This document shows positions 29,090 to 42,980 of a stretch of DNA of 64,000 nucleotides, one piece after another. Position 1 is the stretch's first letter. Every line of letters begins with the position of its first letter. Both the position numbers and the translations under genes were made by a program. A model generated the notes under the pieces. It did not search any database and had not been told where the DNA came from. It saw nothing but the letters and a program-made list of their open reading frames with translations. Source of the DNA: Eledone cirrhosa (taxonomy: Eukaryota); NCBI GenBank assembly GCA_964016885.1, contig OZ024741.1:137206001-137270000 (forward strand), given 5' to 3'.

Positions 29090-29120
<31 letters not shown>

Positions 29121-29125
29121 GTGTG

Positions 29126-29190
<65 letters not shown>

Positions 29191-29574
29191 AATTGAGGTT
29201 GGTAATGGCACATGGAATATATAAGAGACAGAATACTTTTTGTGAAAAAACATAATTTTATAAGGTAAGGAAATAATAAAGGGTATAAAAAATGACCGGT
29301 TTCGATGGGTCTGCAAAAGCCATCTTTTCAAATGTTGATTAATATTAAGAAAAATTAATAATACGAAGAGTTAAAACTTGAGATTTGAAAATTCAAGTAT
29401 AAAATTCATTGTGGGATTTCATAGCAGTTTTCATCTAGGTAGCAACAACAGGTTGACTGCTGTGTCCCTTTCTGGTAGTGAATGAGAAGTTATTTGGGGT
29501 GTGGGTTATTTTATAAAGGTCAGATTTAGCAATCTGATCAAACATTTCGGTATTTCAACCCCAGAAATACCGAA

Positions 29575-30150
29575 ATGTTTGATCACCTACACAAAAACCT
29601 CCCCATCCTACTTAAAGATGTAAAAATGAAGTCTATTCTTGAAACACACAAGATCCTTAAAAGTAAAAGACAACCCAAATCACTTAAACGCATTCTCACT
29701 GGACCAAATATACCCAAACCAATCCTCAACCCTACAGTTACCAAATGTGGTAGAACAAACTGTGGAACGTGCCTCTACCTCACTGAAGGACAAACATTTA
29801 CATTCAAAGATGGCCAAACATTTACAGTAAAAAACAATTTCACCTGCAACTCGGAGAACTTGATTTACGCAATAACTTGCGGTGGGTGCAAACGCAACTA
29901 CATAGGACAGACGGGCACCTCATTACGCAAAAGAATGACCATCCACCGCCAACAAATCCGGGACGCTAACACAAGAAAAATCCCCTTGAGCAGCCATATT
30001 GCGAACTGCGCAGGAATGACACTACCCAACTTTAAAATCTTCCCCTTCTACAAGTGCTCAGATTCGTTCACACAGCAACAAAGAATAAACAAAGAAAATC
30101 TATTCCTTAACAAATTTAAACCAAAACTAAACGGGTTATCACCCCAATAG
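29575..30150 (+). pseudogene. PLE GIY-YIG endonuclease domain
   Basis: KCGRTNCGTC Zn motif; CNSENLIYAITCGGCKRNYIGQT; LRKRMTIH; KENLFLNKFKPKLN. Confidence 0.88.
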
Positions 30151-30600
30151 AATTGTCATAAAATATAAACACACATACGCACGGAATCACTACTATTAAA
30201 GACCAGAGACCAATTCTGTAGAATCAGGTTTATTCGTTGACAGACCATGCCTTTGTGTGACCAACACATCCATGTTAAACCCTGCACGTGCACACACATA
30301 TACCTATATATATATGCGCACACAGAATTCACCACTGTCGGTTGCGGGGCCCAATCTACATGAAGAACTCAATGTGATCAGAATGACTTGTATTTTAATT
30401 TCACTGTCCCAACTTCTTATATTATGGAAAAAATATGTGTCTGTATGTATGTATATATATATATATATTTGGAGGCCATTTCTCTGTGTGGGTGTATGTA
30501 TGTGTATATGTGTGTGTGTGTGTATATGTGTGTGCATGTGGATGTATGTATTGTGTGTGCGTGTGTGTGTGTGTGTGTGTATGTATGTGTGGGGGTGTGA

Positions 30601-30702
<102 letters not shown>

Positions 30703-30733
30703 ATGTATGTGTGTATCTGGATGTATGTGTATG

Positions 30734-30802
<69 letters not shown>

Positions 30803-31259
30803 ATGTGTATATATGTGTGTGTATGTGTGTATGTATATGTATGTGTGTGTGTATGTATGTGTGTATATGTATATATATATATATATATATGTATATGTAT
30901 ATGTATATGTATGTATGTGTGGGTGAAGGTATGTGTGTATATATAGGTGTAAGTGCACTAAATCCCTTTCTATCACGCTCCACTCTCCTACCCACCACAG
31001 GAAGATATGTGTATGTATATTGCTTCCACCCCCCTCACTGACCAGCAGCTGGCCAGTTGACGATTGCTAAATCTGACCTTTATAAAATAACCCACACCCC
31101 AAATAACTTCTCATTCACTACCAGAAAGGGACACAGCAGTCAACCTGTTGTTGCTACCTAGATGAAAACTGCTATGAAATCCCACAATGAATTTTATACT
31201 TGAATTTTCAAATCTCAAGTTTTAACTCTTCGTATTATTAATTTTTCTTAATATTAATC

Positions 31260-31307
31260 AACATTTGAAAAGATGGCTTTTGCAGACCCATCGAAACCGG
31301 TCATTTT
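31260..31307 (+). ncRNA. Hammerhead ribozyme, U3-A8 core variant (mirror at 29288-29336, minus)
   Basis: AACAU UUGAAAA GAUGG..CCAUC GAAAC CG GUC|AUUUU. Confidence 0.7.
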
Positions 31308-31442
31308 TTATACCCTTTATTATTTCCTTACCTTATAAAATTATGTTTTTTCACAAAAAAAATTCTGTCTCTTATATATTCCATGTGCCATTACCAACCT
31401 CAATGTTCTCTATAACCTTCGTTTTGTGTAGAAAATTACACT

Positions 31443-31678
<236 letters not shown>

Positions 31679-31694
31679 GTATATATATATATAT

Positions 31695-31807
31695 AAATAG
31701 ACGCACTGACTTGTTTTCTATCTGCTTGCATAAATTCCACAGAACTTTCGATAAAGTATACAGCTAATATCATAAACTTTATCAATTCAGAATCCTTTTC
31801 TCAAAGG

Positions 31808-31843
<36 letters not shown>

Positions 31844-32835
31844 TATATATATATATATAGTTCTTTAAAAATATACCCATCTTTCTACCTTATTTCAAAG
31901 TTATTTATTATACATTATATAATACTTGTTACTCATTCTATATCACTCCCCTTTCTTCCTTTTCCTTTTCTTTTCTTTTCTTTTAATTTCTAACCCCTAA
32001 TCTGTACCTTTTCTCACTGTGCCTAACATAGAAACAATTATTACACAATACAATATATTCTTACTTTATATCACCTTGAAAAAATCCTTCGTAAACATAA
32101 ACATTTTTTTGACGTTAGATTATTCATCCTCTATTCATTATTTTTTCTCCCTTTCATCTAACTTATTCATGCTCATCTCACAATATATCCTTACTTACAT
32201 TACTTTTGTTTTTTTAATAATACATATCAACATTTTCTTTCCATCGCACATATTATTAAACCCTTAAATATTATTCTTAATACATATTAACATTTTCTTT
32301 CCATCGCACATATTATTAAACCCTTAAATATTATTCTTAATACATATTAACAATTTCTTTTCATCGCACATATTATTAAACCCTTCAATATACAAACCTT
32401 AATTTTACATTATTTTTCTCTTCGTTAATTTTCAAATTCTTCTAATTTATACATTATCTTCCAACGGTTTTTCAACCTCTCTATGTAAAACAATATATTT
32501 TTCTCAGTTATAAAAGCTATCTCTCTCTCTCTATCACCCATCTCTCCTCCTATCTCATCCTTCCTCATTATACTCCTCCCCCTCCACTTTTTACTCTCAT
32601 CTCCTCCTCTTCCCCCCCCCCCCCTCAAACATTTTTTTCCCCCAATATCACACATCAATCTAAAACTACTTTTCATATGTTGATTTAAAACTGCACTATC
32701 CACATGTGTTTTTAACCTTCATATCATGTCTTCCTATTTTATCTGATGAAAACACAAATGTTATTGCATGATGATATTTGTTTTTGAAATGCGCATAATA
32801 AAATACATGGAACTCATTTAACCATCTTTTGATCT

Positions 32836-32842
<7 letters not shown>
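31695..32842 (+). mobile_element. PLE family E 3' fragment
   Basis: [14 protein letters not shown]-terminus; pLTR homologous to 15410-16400; hammerhead at 32737-32803. Confidence 0.75.
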
Positions 32843-32928
<86 letters not shown>

Positions 32929-32949
32929 TATTATCGATTTTGACTTTTT

Positions 32950-32988
<39 letters not shown>

Positions 32989-33455
32989 TTGAAAAGTCAA
33001 AATCGATACTATACCCGTTACATCAGAGACAGAAATTTTTTCAGGGTGTGTGAGTAGTTTCCTTATCCAAGCAATGGAATAAAATAAGTACCTCGAAAAA
33101 GCCGAAATAGAACCTAAAAGACATACATAAAACTCCCGACGATATAGCAGTTCAAACACTCATACATTCATACATATTTACAACAATATTAACTGCCATC
33201 ACAACCACTCAGTTAAAAAGATCAACGAACTCCAACATCTACAACAAAAACATCAAAAAGAACACCAGTACCAATATCTACAACAACAGCAGCAGCAGCA
33301 TCAAAACGATAAAAAGCCAAACAACATCAACTGCCACCACCACCACCACCACCACAACTACCATTCAGTCAAAACGATCAAAGCTTATGAAAACAACAAC
33401 GAAACGATAAAATTGTACTAACTCTTTCAAAAGACATTTGCCACATGTATAGTAT

Positions 33456-33574
<119 letters not shown>

Positions 33575-33590
33575 ATATATATATATATGC

Positions 33591-33670
<80 letters not shown>

Positions 33671-33779
33671 GTGTGTGTGTAAGTGAGTAGCGTGTGTGTG
33701 TTTCTTCGTATGCATCAGTGTTTTTGTGAGTGTGTGTGTGTTTGTGTGTCTGTGTGTGTGTCGTATGTATGGGTGTCAG

Positions 33780-36700
33780 TAAGTGAGAAGGAACCTCCTT
33801 AAAATATGAGGTTGAAGCAACTCCCAGTCATCTTGCTTCGGCATGTCACTGGACTCTAGTTGTGGATACTCAGAGAGTGGTAGTCGTGTTGTACAAGCGT
33901 TTACCACTATAATATACTGATGTACAGGTGTCTCTTACATCTTTCTTCGTCTATTCCATTTCTGAAATACTGCGGTGATAGACGAACGGTAACATGTGCA
34001 GACCTGACCAGCTGGAAGCTTATAGTCACAAGTCTACACACAGGCGCCCTGAGTTTACTTTGCCTCACTCGAGCAAAAATAAGAATAAAGTAAAATCCCT
34101 AAAATACGCGAAAGATTGAGTCAAACTCAACATTTGTTGTTGGAACTTTAGGACACTCCTGGACAGAAACCGGTCTGGACCTCCGGAGCGTAGAACTTCA
34201 TTTGTGACAAAAGAACGTAGAAGATTGAACATAGACATAGCAGCTTTATCTGAAATACGTTTGGCGGAGGAAGATCAATTAACAGAAGTATCATCAGGCT
34301 TCTCTCTTTTTGGGGTAGGTAAACACATAGCTGAACGGAGAAACGGCGGTGTTGGCTTCGCCATTAGAACATCACTGCTTGATCGTATGGAATGCCCTAC
34401 TGGTGTAACCGATTGCATTATGAAGCTTCGTATTCCTCTAAGACATGGCCGTTATGTAAAACTTTTATCTGTTTATGCACCAACCCTACAGGCCAGTGAC
34501 ATGGTCTTTGATTCTCTTCGTGCTGTCATCGCATGCACACCTGTTAGCGATAAATACTTCTCAGTGGTTTTAATGCTCGTATGGGTAGTGATCACGAGAC
34601 GTGGGGCGCCATTGGTCCATTTGGTATTGGTAAAATGAACACCAGCAGCCTGGGGTTGCTTGAATTCTGCTCAACGTAGCCATCTGCAACACTCTTTTCC
34701 GTCAGAAGCTCAAGATCCAAGTATGGACACATGATTTATTTCATCATCACTCGTAAACGAGATCTAAGTGATGTGTGTACAGTGCGTGTGTTGTGTAGTT
34801 GCAGAATGCGGCACTGACCACAAATTAGTGCGAGGAAATTTTAAGATGAGTCTCCGCAAAAGTATTCGTATGAGTGGAGTGAAAGCACTGAAACGCACTG
34901 ATGTCACCAAACTGAGGCAAGCAGATGCGCGTGCAACCTTAACTGAAAAATTTGATGGTCTTGATTTTGATGGCACCTGGGAAAGTTTTAGAGATCAAGT
35001 TTACTCAGTGGGAGCTGAGGGACTTGGCTTCAGAACCAAGAAACACCAGGACTGGTTCGACGACAACAATCCTAATATCAATCAACTACTGAAAACTAAG
35101 CACACTCTCTATGAAAAGCTCCTGAATCAGAATCCCGTAGCACAACCAGCCGTTAGGAAAGCCTACAAAGATCACAAGGCAGCACTGCAACGCGAACTGC
35201 GCAGGATGCAAAATGAGTGGTGGAGTAATATCTTTTCGGAAATCCAACAGGCTTTTTACACCAAAGGTTCGAAGTAATTTTATTCATTGGTACGCCAAGT
35301 CTTAGGCCAACCAGCATCCTCAGTAACTCCTCTGAGATCTAATGGCGATGCCAATACCATCATCAAAAAGCCATCAAAAATCCTTCAGCGTTGGGCAGAA
35401 CATTTTACTGACCTGTTTGACAACCCATCAGCGGTTAATTTTTGGAGTGATAGAGGGCCTTCCTCAATGTGAAACAGTCCACCGTATGGATCGACTTCCC
35501 TCCGCTGATGAAATAAAGCTGACAATCAAGCAGGTTAACTCTGGCAAGGCACCAGGTCCAGATTGTATCCCAGTAGAACTGCTGAAAGTCAGTGGTGATA
35601 ATGTAACAGAAGCAATAAACAACTTCATCATTGATTGCTGGAATGGGACCCCGGCTCCGCAAGACTGGATCAACGGTATTCTGTTGTCATTATACAAAGA
35701 CAAAGGTGAAAATTCGATTTGTTGGAAGCTGTTGGCAAGGTTCTCGCAAGACTTTTGCTCAACAGACTGGAGGAGGATATCTGTCCTACAGCTATCCCAG
35801 AATCACAGAGTGGTTTTAAAAAGGAAGGGGAACAGTTGATATGATTTTCTCTGTAAGATGAGAAAAATGCATTGAGCAGTGTGTCCTCCTATATCAAGTC
35901 TTTGTCTACCTAACGAAGGCCTTTCATACAGTTAACAGAGATGCACTTTGGATAATACTTGGAAAAGTGGGATGTCCACCCAACTTTGTGAGTATGCTAA
36001 AACAGCTGCACAGAAATATGAAAGCTCGGGTTACCTTCAATGACCAACTATCTGGGGGAATCCCAACTGACAACGGGGCAAATCAAGGTGATATACCTGC
36101 TTCTACGCTTTTTTCCATCTTTTTGCGGCCTTGCTCACACGTTCTTTCCAAGATTGTGACAGAGGCATTCTTTTACGGTTCAGAAACAATGGAAAGGTTT
36201 TCAACTTAAGAGACCTTCTTTACGCCGACGACGCTGACTTCTTAGCACACACAGAAGCTGATATGCAACACATTATGGACCGTTTCTCATCCTCGTATAC
36301 TGCATTTGGGTTTACAATCAGTATTAAAAAGACCAAAGTAAAGTTTATCCCTGCTCCTGGAGAACCATATACTGAACCCAATATCATGGTTGATGGAACC
36401 AGGCTGGGAGTAGTAGATAAATTTGTTTAATTGGGTATCACATTTGGGTAGCACTTAGATGCTGAAATATATCTGCGCATCCAGAAGGCCTCTGTTGCCT
36501 TCCAAAAATTTGAAAATAGAGTTTGGGCAAATCGAAACATTACTAACAATACCAAGGTGTGTGTATATAGATCATTTGTTCTCTCTGTTCTTTTGTACTT
36601 CGCCAAAACCTGAATGCTACTCCGCAAACACACCAAATTGCTGAGCGTTTTCAGCAGAAATGTTTAAGGCTCGTATTCAACATCAAGTGGCAAGACAGAT

Positions 36701-37440
36701 CTCCTGACATTCATGTTCTTATCAAAGCAGAATGTCCAAGCATTGAATTGAATCCTTAGTAACATCTTCTCAAATGCGCTGGACAGGACATATCATCCGC
36801 ATGAAAGAAGGCAGGATCCCGAAGCAACTGATTTACGGTTAGCTTCATCCTGGAAAAAGACCTCATGAGAGGTTCAACACAATCTCAAAGAGCTGGTATT
36901 TGATATGGAGAACTGGGAGGAGATAGATCTAAATAGGGCTGACTGGAGAACGCGCATAAAGGGTAGTTGCAAAACATTTGAGGAATGTCGTCTAGAACAT
37001 AAACAACTGAAGCGTCAGCTGGGGAAGGGTTGTACTCACAGTCTTGATGAAGTCATCAGTAGTTGGACATGTAATTTCTGTCAGCGTATACTCCTCTCAA
37101 AGGCAGGTTATGTTAATCACCTGAAGTCACATGAAAGGATAACCACCCGCAACATAACTCAACAAAGACCTGGCCAAACAACGTGCCTGATATGCAACAA
37201 CGTGTGTAGAACTAGTTCCAGACTACAAAAAGCACGGGGTGGTACATAAAGATTGTGTCCCACAGGGTGACCCCACCGGTCCTGTAGAAAACACAACTCT
37301 CTTCTGTCACCTGTGTCATAAACCATGCAGATCTACAGCTGGCCTACAATGTCATCTACGATGTCATGGACGCAGATGGGATGACAATGAAGAATCAATA
37401 AGAGACGACAATAGTCTGTGAAAACGCTGCAATCCACATG
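33780..37440 (+). mobile_element. Near full-length degenerate RTE-clade LINE (APE, RT, C2H2 zinc fingers)
   Basis: CWNFRTL, DIAALSEIRL, SVYAPT, TDHKLV (APE); KAPGPDCIP, QGD, LLYADD (RT); three C2H2-like fingers at 37068-37367; many stops and frameshifts. Confidence 0.9.
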
Positions 37441-37545
37441 TTTATGTGTATATATGTATGTTTGCATGAACCTATGTGAGTATGTATGCATGTATGTGGA
37501 AAAGAAACCGGAAATGCGACGAGTTTTTTAAGAATATTTATTTAT

Positions 37546-37587
37546 TTACTTTACCGGTTTCACAGTTCTCATGCTTTTCAAAAGTAA
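37546..37587 (-). ncRNA. Minimal hammerhead ribozyme, U3-A8 core variant
   Basis: UUACUU UUGAAAA GCA-UGAGAAC-UGU GAAAC CG GUA|AAGUAA; perfect 6-bp stem I. Confidence 0.75.
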
Positions 37588-37711
37588 AATTGAAATAGAG
37601 GGTTTGTGGTTTGTCTCGCACATATGATATATATTTATAAATGTATATATATATTTAAGTGTATATATATATATATATATATATTTAAGTGTATATATAT
37701 ATATATTTTTT

Positions 37712-37897
37712 AATATAGATGAGATTCTACAGGACTAGAACTGTTTCATTCCTGAGAAATCATCAGGATTCCTGATGATTTCTCAAGAATGAAACATTCC
37801 TAGTCCTGTAGAATCTCATCTATATTAAACATTTTATACTCTGCTATGTATTGAGTACCTTACTGTGGTTACCTCCGATTCAATCCGGAATAACTTA

Positions 37898-37900
<3 letters not shown>
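37712..37900 (+). mobile_element. Short fold-back element, family G; hammerhead core in both arms but the 5' strand of stem I is lost
   Basis: CUGAUGA UUUC-UCAG-GAAU GAAAC..GUC; symmetry centre near 37769. Confidence 0.75.
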
Positions 37901-37973
<73 letters not shown>

Positions 37974-37978
<5 letters not shown>

Positions 37979-38907
37979 GAATAATCGAGTATCGAAAAAT
38001 CGGCGCACGAGTTCACGATAAACAAAATTCGAAATGAGCGGCAGAGGGCTCAATAATTCAGATAAATCAGAGCTATAACTATCGTTAAAATACCGTCACA
38101 CATAGAACAAGTCTATAATCAACCGTACGACCGAAAAATTGCGATCTGGAAGATTCGGGACACTCAGAAAAAATATCAATAAGTCAATAAATCAAATGAA
38201 TGTAAAAAGCATACCCGGACCCGCTAGAAAGATGGTAAATCTAGCTTCTTGGGTTTCTGTAAATCCTTAAACTGCCCTCTATCAGCTCATATAAAAATAT
38301 ATAAGACTTCTAGAAGCCAGCGGACGGGAAATTTACTTCCTCAACGAGCTTTTGTCCGAACGAATGAAAAGGCATAACCCAGGCTGAAGGAACGCACATG
38401 GAATTCAGCAAGGGAGATAACCTCTATATCCGCAAAAAATATTCTGGAAAATGTGGAAATACACATATCGAATAAGAGTGCTCAATAGACATGTTAAAAT
38501 AAACAGGAGCTATTCATCATTTAATAGAATCGACAAAAAATGAACAATAAAATTAACTGGTCAATAGCTAGGTCTAGAGCTAAATATAGTAGAATAATCG
38601 AGTATCGAAAAATCGGCGCACGAGTTCACGATAAACAAAATTCGAAATGAGCGGCAGAGGGCTCAATAATTCAGATAAATCAGAGCTATAACTATCGTTA
38701 AAATACCGTCACACATAGAACAAGTCTATAATCAACCGTACGACCGAAAAATTGCGATCTGGAAGATTCGGGACACTCAGAAAAAATATCAATAAATCAA
38801 TAAATCAAATGAATGTAAAAAGCATACCCGGACCCGCTAGAAAGATGGTAAATCTAGCTTCTTGGGTTTCTGTAAATCCTTAAACTGCCCTCTATCAGCT
38901 CATATAA
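37974..38907 (-). repeat. 613-bp tandem unit (about 1.5 copies) in (TA)n, retrozyme-like
   Basis: 38587-38907 repeats 37974-38294; no ORF; one hammerhead per unit. Confidence 0.8.
38213..38349 (-). ncRNA. Extended type I hammerhead ribozyme (long stems II and III)
   Basis: GCUCG UUGAGGA A-GUAAAUUU..GGAUUUAC-A GAAA CCC..GCUAGA..UCUAGC GG GUC|CGGGU. Confidence 0.65.
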
Positions 38908-39559
38908 ATATATATATATATACATATATATATACATATATATATATATACACATAATAAATACATACACACACACACACACATATATATATATACATAT
39001 ATATATATATGAGAGTATTGAAGTTTGCTTGAAGCATTGTGGAATAATAAGTTAAATTTCTTTAAGTTGTTTGGAATCCTCGACAATACAGATGGGTAAA
39101 TCTCCGGGTAACAAGATCCGGTGGTGGAGAGAGAGATGTAAGTGGGTGTACCTTGAGATGCGTGGCATGTATATAAGACTGTAGCGTGTAGAAGAATGAA
39201 GGAAAGAGCGTAAAGGATAAAAATAAAAATAACAACAGGAGAAAGAGTTACCTTGGGAGAGATTTAATTGTCCCTATATATTTCGGATTCACATCCATCA
39301 ACTGGCGGTTTTTCCCGGGGGGGGGGGAAGGTTGTCTGTCGGAAAGGTGCGAAACGTGTCCTCCACTGTTCGTTGTTTTGAATATCTGAGGTATTCAGCA
39401 GAGCGCGCGTGCGCGTGAAATGGGGTCGGTCAGGCAGAGGTCAGCGGCCGAAGTAGTTCTTTCAATTGTGGGAGTGGGGTGGCGCTAGCTGTCAGTCTAT
39501 TCTCTGCCTGTTTGGTGAATGTTACTGCGTGTGTGTGTGCGTGTGTTGTTGTCTCGCTT

Positions 39560-39601
<42 letters not shown>

Positions 39602-39847
39602 GTGCGTGTGTTGTTGCCTTGTTCCTCTGTATTGGCAGTGTAGTATGTTCGTATGGTGGAATGCTACTGTGTGTGTGCGTGTGTTGCTGTCTCGCTTGTG
39701 TCTGTGTGTTTGCGTGTGTTGCTGCATCGTTTAACTTAAACCAACCACCTCATTTCGCTTCTCTCGGATCGGTTGTTTAATATATATATATGTATATTAT
39801 ATAATATATATATATGTATATTATATGTACATACATATTTATATATA

Positions 39848-40158
39848 GGTAAAAACCCCCTTCGATCGTGGGTTTTGCACCTAAAAGGTTTCCCTCCAAG
39901 TCCGGGCAAGGTTGTTTGTGGGAGACCAGCAGTCGCCCATGTATACCAGTCACCCCACTCCATGGCATCGATGATGTCCAAGGGAAAGGCAAAGGCCGAT
40001 ACAGCTTGACACCAGTGACGTTGCAATTCATTTCTACAGCTGAGTAAACTGGAGCAACGTGAAATAAAGTGTCTTGCTCAAGGACACAACGTATAACCCG
40101 AGAATCGAATTCACAACCTGACGATTCCAAGCCCAATGCTCTAACCTCTAAGCCATGT
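39848..40158 (-). mobile_element. tRNA-derived SINE, family 2 (partial copies near 8990-9100, 19680-19790, 54980-55100)
   Basis: Head TGGCTTAGAGGTTAGAGC..ATTCGATTC; core TGTGTCCTTGAGCAAGACACTTTATTTCACGTTGCTCCAG. Confidence 0.8.
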
Positions 40159-40164
40159 GTGTGT

Positions 40165-40222
<58 letters not shown>

Positions 40223-40233
40223 TGTGGGTTTGT

Positions 40234-40269
<36 letters not shown>

Positions 40270-40699
40270 CAGAATTTCCCGCATGAAATGCAGTAAGATG
40301 AAAAGCGGAAAACCTTCAATTAACTAAGGTTATGTATAAATATATATGTATGTATTTGTGTGTATATACGTGTGCGTATGTCCATGTATAAATCAATGTG
40401 TGTATGCGTACACATACATGCACACATACATATACATACATACACACACATACATACATATATGCATAGATGTGTTCAGATAGCTAATTAAATGTTTCTT
40501 AATTAGTTTTCTTAAATTTCGTAGCGAATGAAAATCGATCAATAAAGTAAAACTTTAATTACCCTTCGTTAGCTTAACAGCCGGATGCAAGTATATTGTT
40601 TCAATGAAATGTTAAAGCAATAATAATATTAATAATAATTGTTTCTATTTTTGGCACAAGGCCAGCAATTGTCACATACCGAATATATATATATATATA

Positions 40700-41538
40700 T
40701 TGTTATACTTTGGGAGGGTCATGTTGCCAATAAGAAACACACGCACCAGTTGCTTCACTCCAATTTATTATAAATAAAAAATTTTTTGACAAAAATTTTT
40801 TTCAAAAAAATTTATAAATTCATATATTGTCAAAGTTCTTTCGTCACACATTCTGTGACCTCTTCAGTGACTGGGGATTCCTTTCCTTGTTCTGCGCCTC
40901 TCCCTTGCTCTGTCCCACGCGATCTTGTCCCTGTGTGTGTTGTGTGCTTAGTTTGCGCATGCGTCACATCCGGTGTCTGTGTGCGTCCCTATTTGTTTAT
41001 TTATTTGTTTATTTACATGTTACTGGTTGGTTGCTTGCTCCATGTGTGTGTGCCCCCACTTTGTCCTTAATTGCAAGCTGCGATGGCGCCACCCCATTCA
41101 TGTCCTCCATTTAACTCCGGCTGGAGTTCATCCATGTCCACTGCCTCCGCGATTTATCCAATCATTGCGCCCCCTCCTGTGTGCAGACCACACCTCTATT
41201 TCCATGCTCCTCAACCCGTCCCCATATTCCATCCCAGCATGTTGAAAGGAATCCCCAGTCACTGAGGAGGTCACAGAATGTGTGACGAAAGAACTTTGAC
41301 AATATATGAACAACCGTCCGGTTGTGGAACCAACCAACCAACCAACCAACCAATCAACCGGAAATTTATAAATTTTTTGACAAAATTTTAGGAAAAAATG
41401 TTTAATTTATAATAAATTGGAGTGAAACACTGGTGCGTGTGTTTCTTAATGGCAACATGACCCTCCCAAAGTATAACAATATCGGTTTCAACACACGTTT
41501 TCAGATAAAGAATCTTGCTAAACAAATTCAGAAACGAA
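40700..41538. mobile_element. Fold-back element, family B, with hammerheads at 40829-40871 (minus) and 41258-41300 (plus)
   Basis: Same arms and tail as 6759-7733. Confidence 0.8.
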
Positions 41539-41556
41539 ATATATATATATATATAT

Positions 41557-41988
41557 ATTGGTAAACGGAATAGAAAATGCTGACAAATTGTTCACAGTTG
41601 AAAAATGGTTTAATTAGGAATAAAAGAGTATTAGTGATTGTATGGGTTAGTATTCAGTTGTGGTTTTAAGTTTTTAAGTTTTTACCGGTTGCGCATTTCT
41701 AAATGCTTTTCAAAAATAATTTTGAGATAGAGTGTCCGTGCTGTTTGCTCAGATCAGAGCAAACAACACGGACACTCTATCTCAAAATTATTTTTGAAAA
41801 GCATTTAGAAATGCGCAACCGGTAAAAACTTAAAAACTTAAAACCACAACTGAATACTAACCCATACAATCACTAATACTCTTTTATTCCTAATTAAACC
41901 ATTTTTCAACTGTGAACAATTTGTCAGCATTTTCTATTCCGTTTACCAATATATAATAACTTGTGTGTTACACCTCTATTCTTTTAAC
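41557..41988. mobile_element. Near-perfect ~400-bp fold-back element with variant hammerhead (41790-41828 plus, and its mirror)
   Basis: Centre near 41752; UUGAAAA GCAUU-UAGA-AAUGC GCAA CCG GUA; related to 37546-37610. Confidence 0.75.
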
Positions 41989-42196
41989 TATATATATATA
42001 TATATATAGGAACAAATATTACCCCGACGGCGAGCTCAAGCCGTTTCGACGGCTATTTCAGTCCAGAAATACCCTTCGAAACGGCTTGAGCTCTGCCGTC
42101 GGGGTCATATTTGTTCCTATTACCCACTCTACTACACTAAGTATTGAGTACTTTGGTGCGTTATGGTCCATCAGGTTCCTTACCACAATTCCTTCG

Positions 42197-42228
<32 letters not shown>

Positions 42229-42233
<5 letters not shown>

Positions 42234-42980
42234 GTGGTATCAAAAGTTTCTGGACTAGTTCTGTAGCGTGCCAACAAATGGCAACACATAGTTGCGCGCA
42301 CAGTGAGAGCTAGCAGTGACTCTCATGCGCCAGTGTGCCGAGCGACATCATGTGTTTACTTGGTAATTTAGGAAATTTGTGCTTTTGTGATCACATGTAT
42401 ACTGTAGCCTGTGCTTTTTTTATGATATTAGTGATGAACAATATGATATGTTGATGACATTGTTTTTTCGACATACGCATTATTACTCATCAAGAATTCG
42501 TCCCCCAGCGCAAGACCGTCAATCAAGAGTTCTACTGCAACTTTTTGAGGTATTTGAGGGAGGAGGTACGGTGAAAGCACCGGATCTGTGGAACGCGAGG
42601 AATTCTTCACGACGACAATGTGCTCTGTCACCGAGTTCTCCTCACTCGTGAGTTTCTCACCCCAAAACAACATTGTATCGTTTCCGCACCCACCCCAATC
42701 GTCAGATTTAGCACCTGTGGACTTCCATCTCTTATCTAAGCTGTAAATGTAGCTCAAAGGTCATCGATTTAACACCGTTTTTCGAGATCCAAAGCAAATC
42801 GCAGAAGTTCATCGATTCGCTTACGGAAAACGGGTTCCAGGCCAGATTCCAAATGTGGCAGGAACGCTGGGAATGATGTATTGCTGCGTAATGTGACTAT
42901 TTCGAAGGAAATAATCTTAAAACTTAGGTAAATATATTAGATTTTTAAACATAACTAGTCCGGCAACGTTTTGATCCCCC
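42229..42980 (+). mobile_element. Internally deleted mariner relic
   Basis: Imperfect TIRs (ATCAAAAGTTTCTGGACTAGTT / AACTAGTCCGGCAACGTTTTGAT); remnants of HDN and HPPxSxDLAPVDFHL motifs. Confidence 0.8.

Noticed and set aside
39270-39365. Partial hammerhead-like strings near a possible PLE relic
   Set aside because: The CUGANGA core is incomplete and stem I cannot be assigned.
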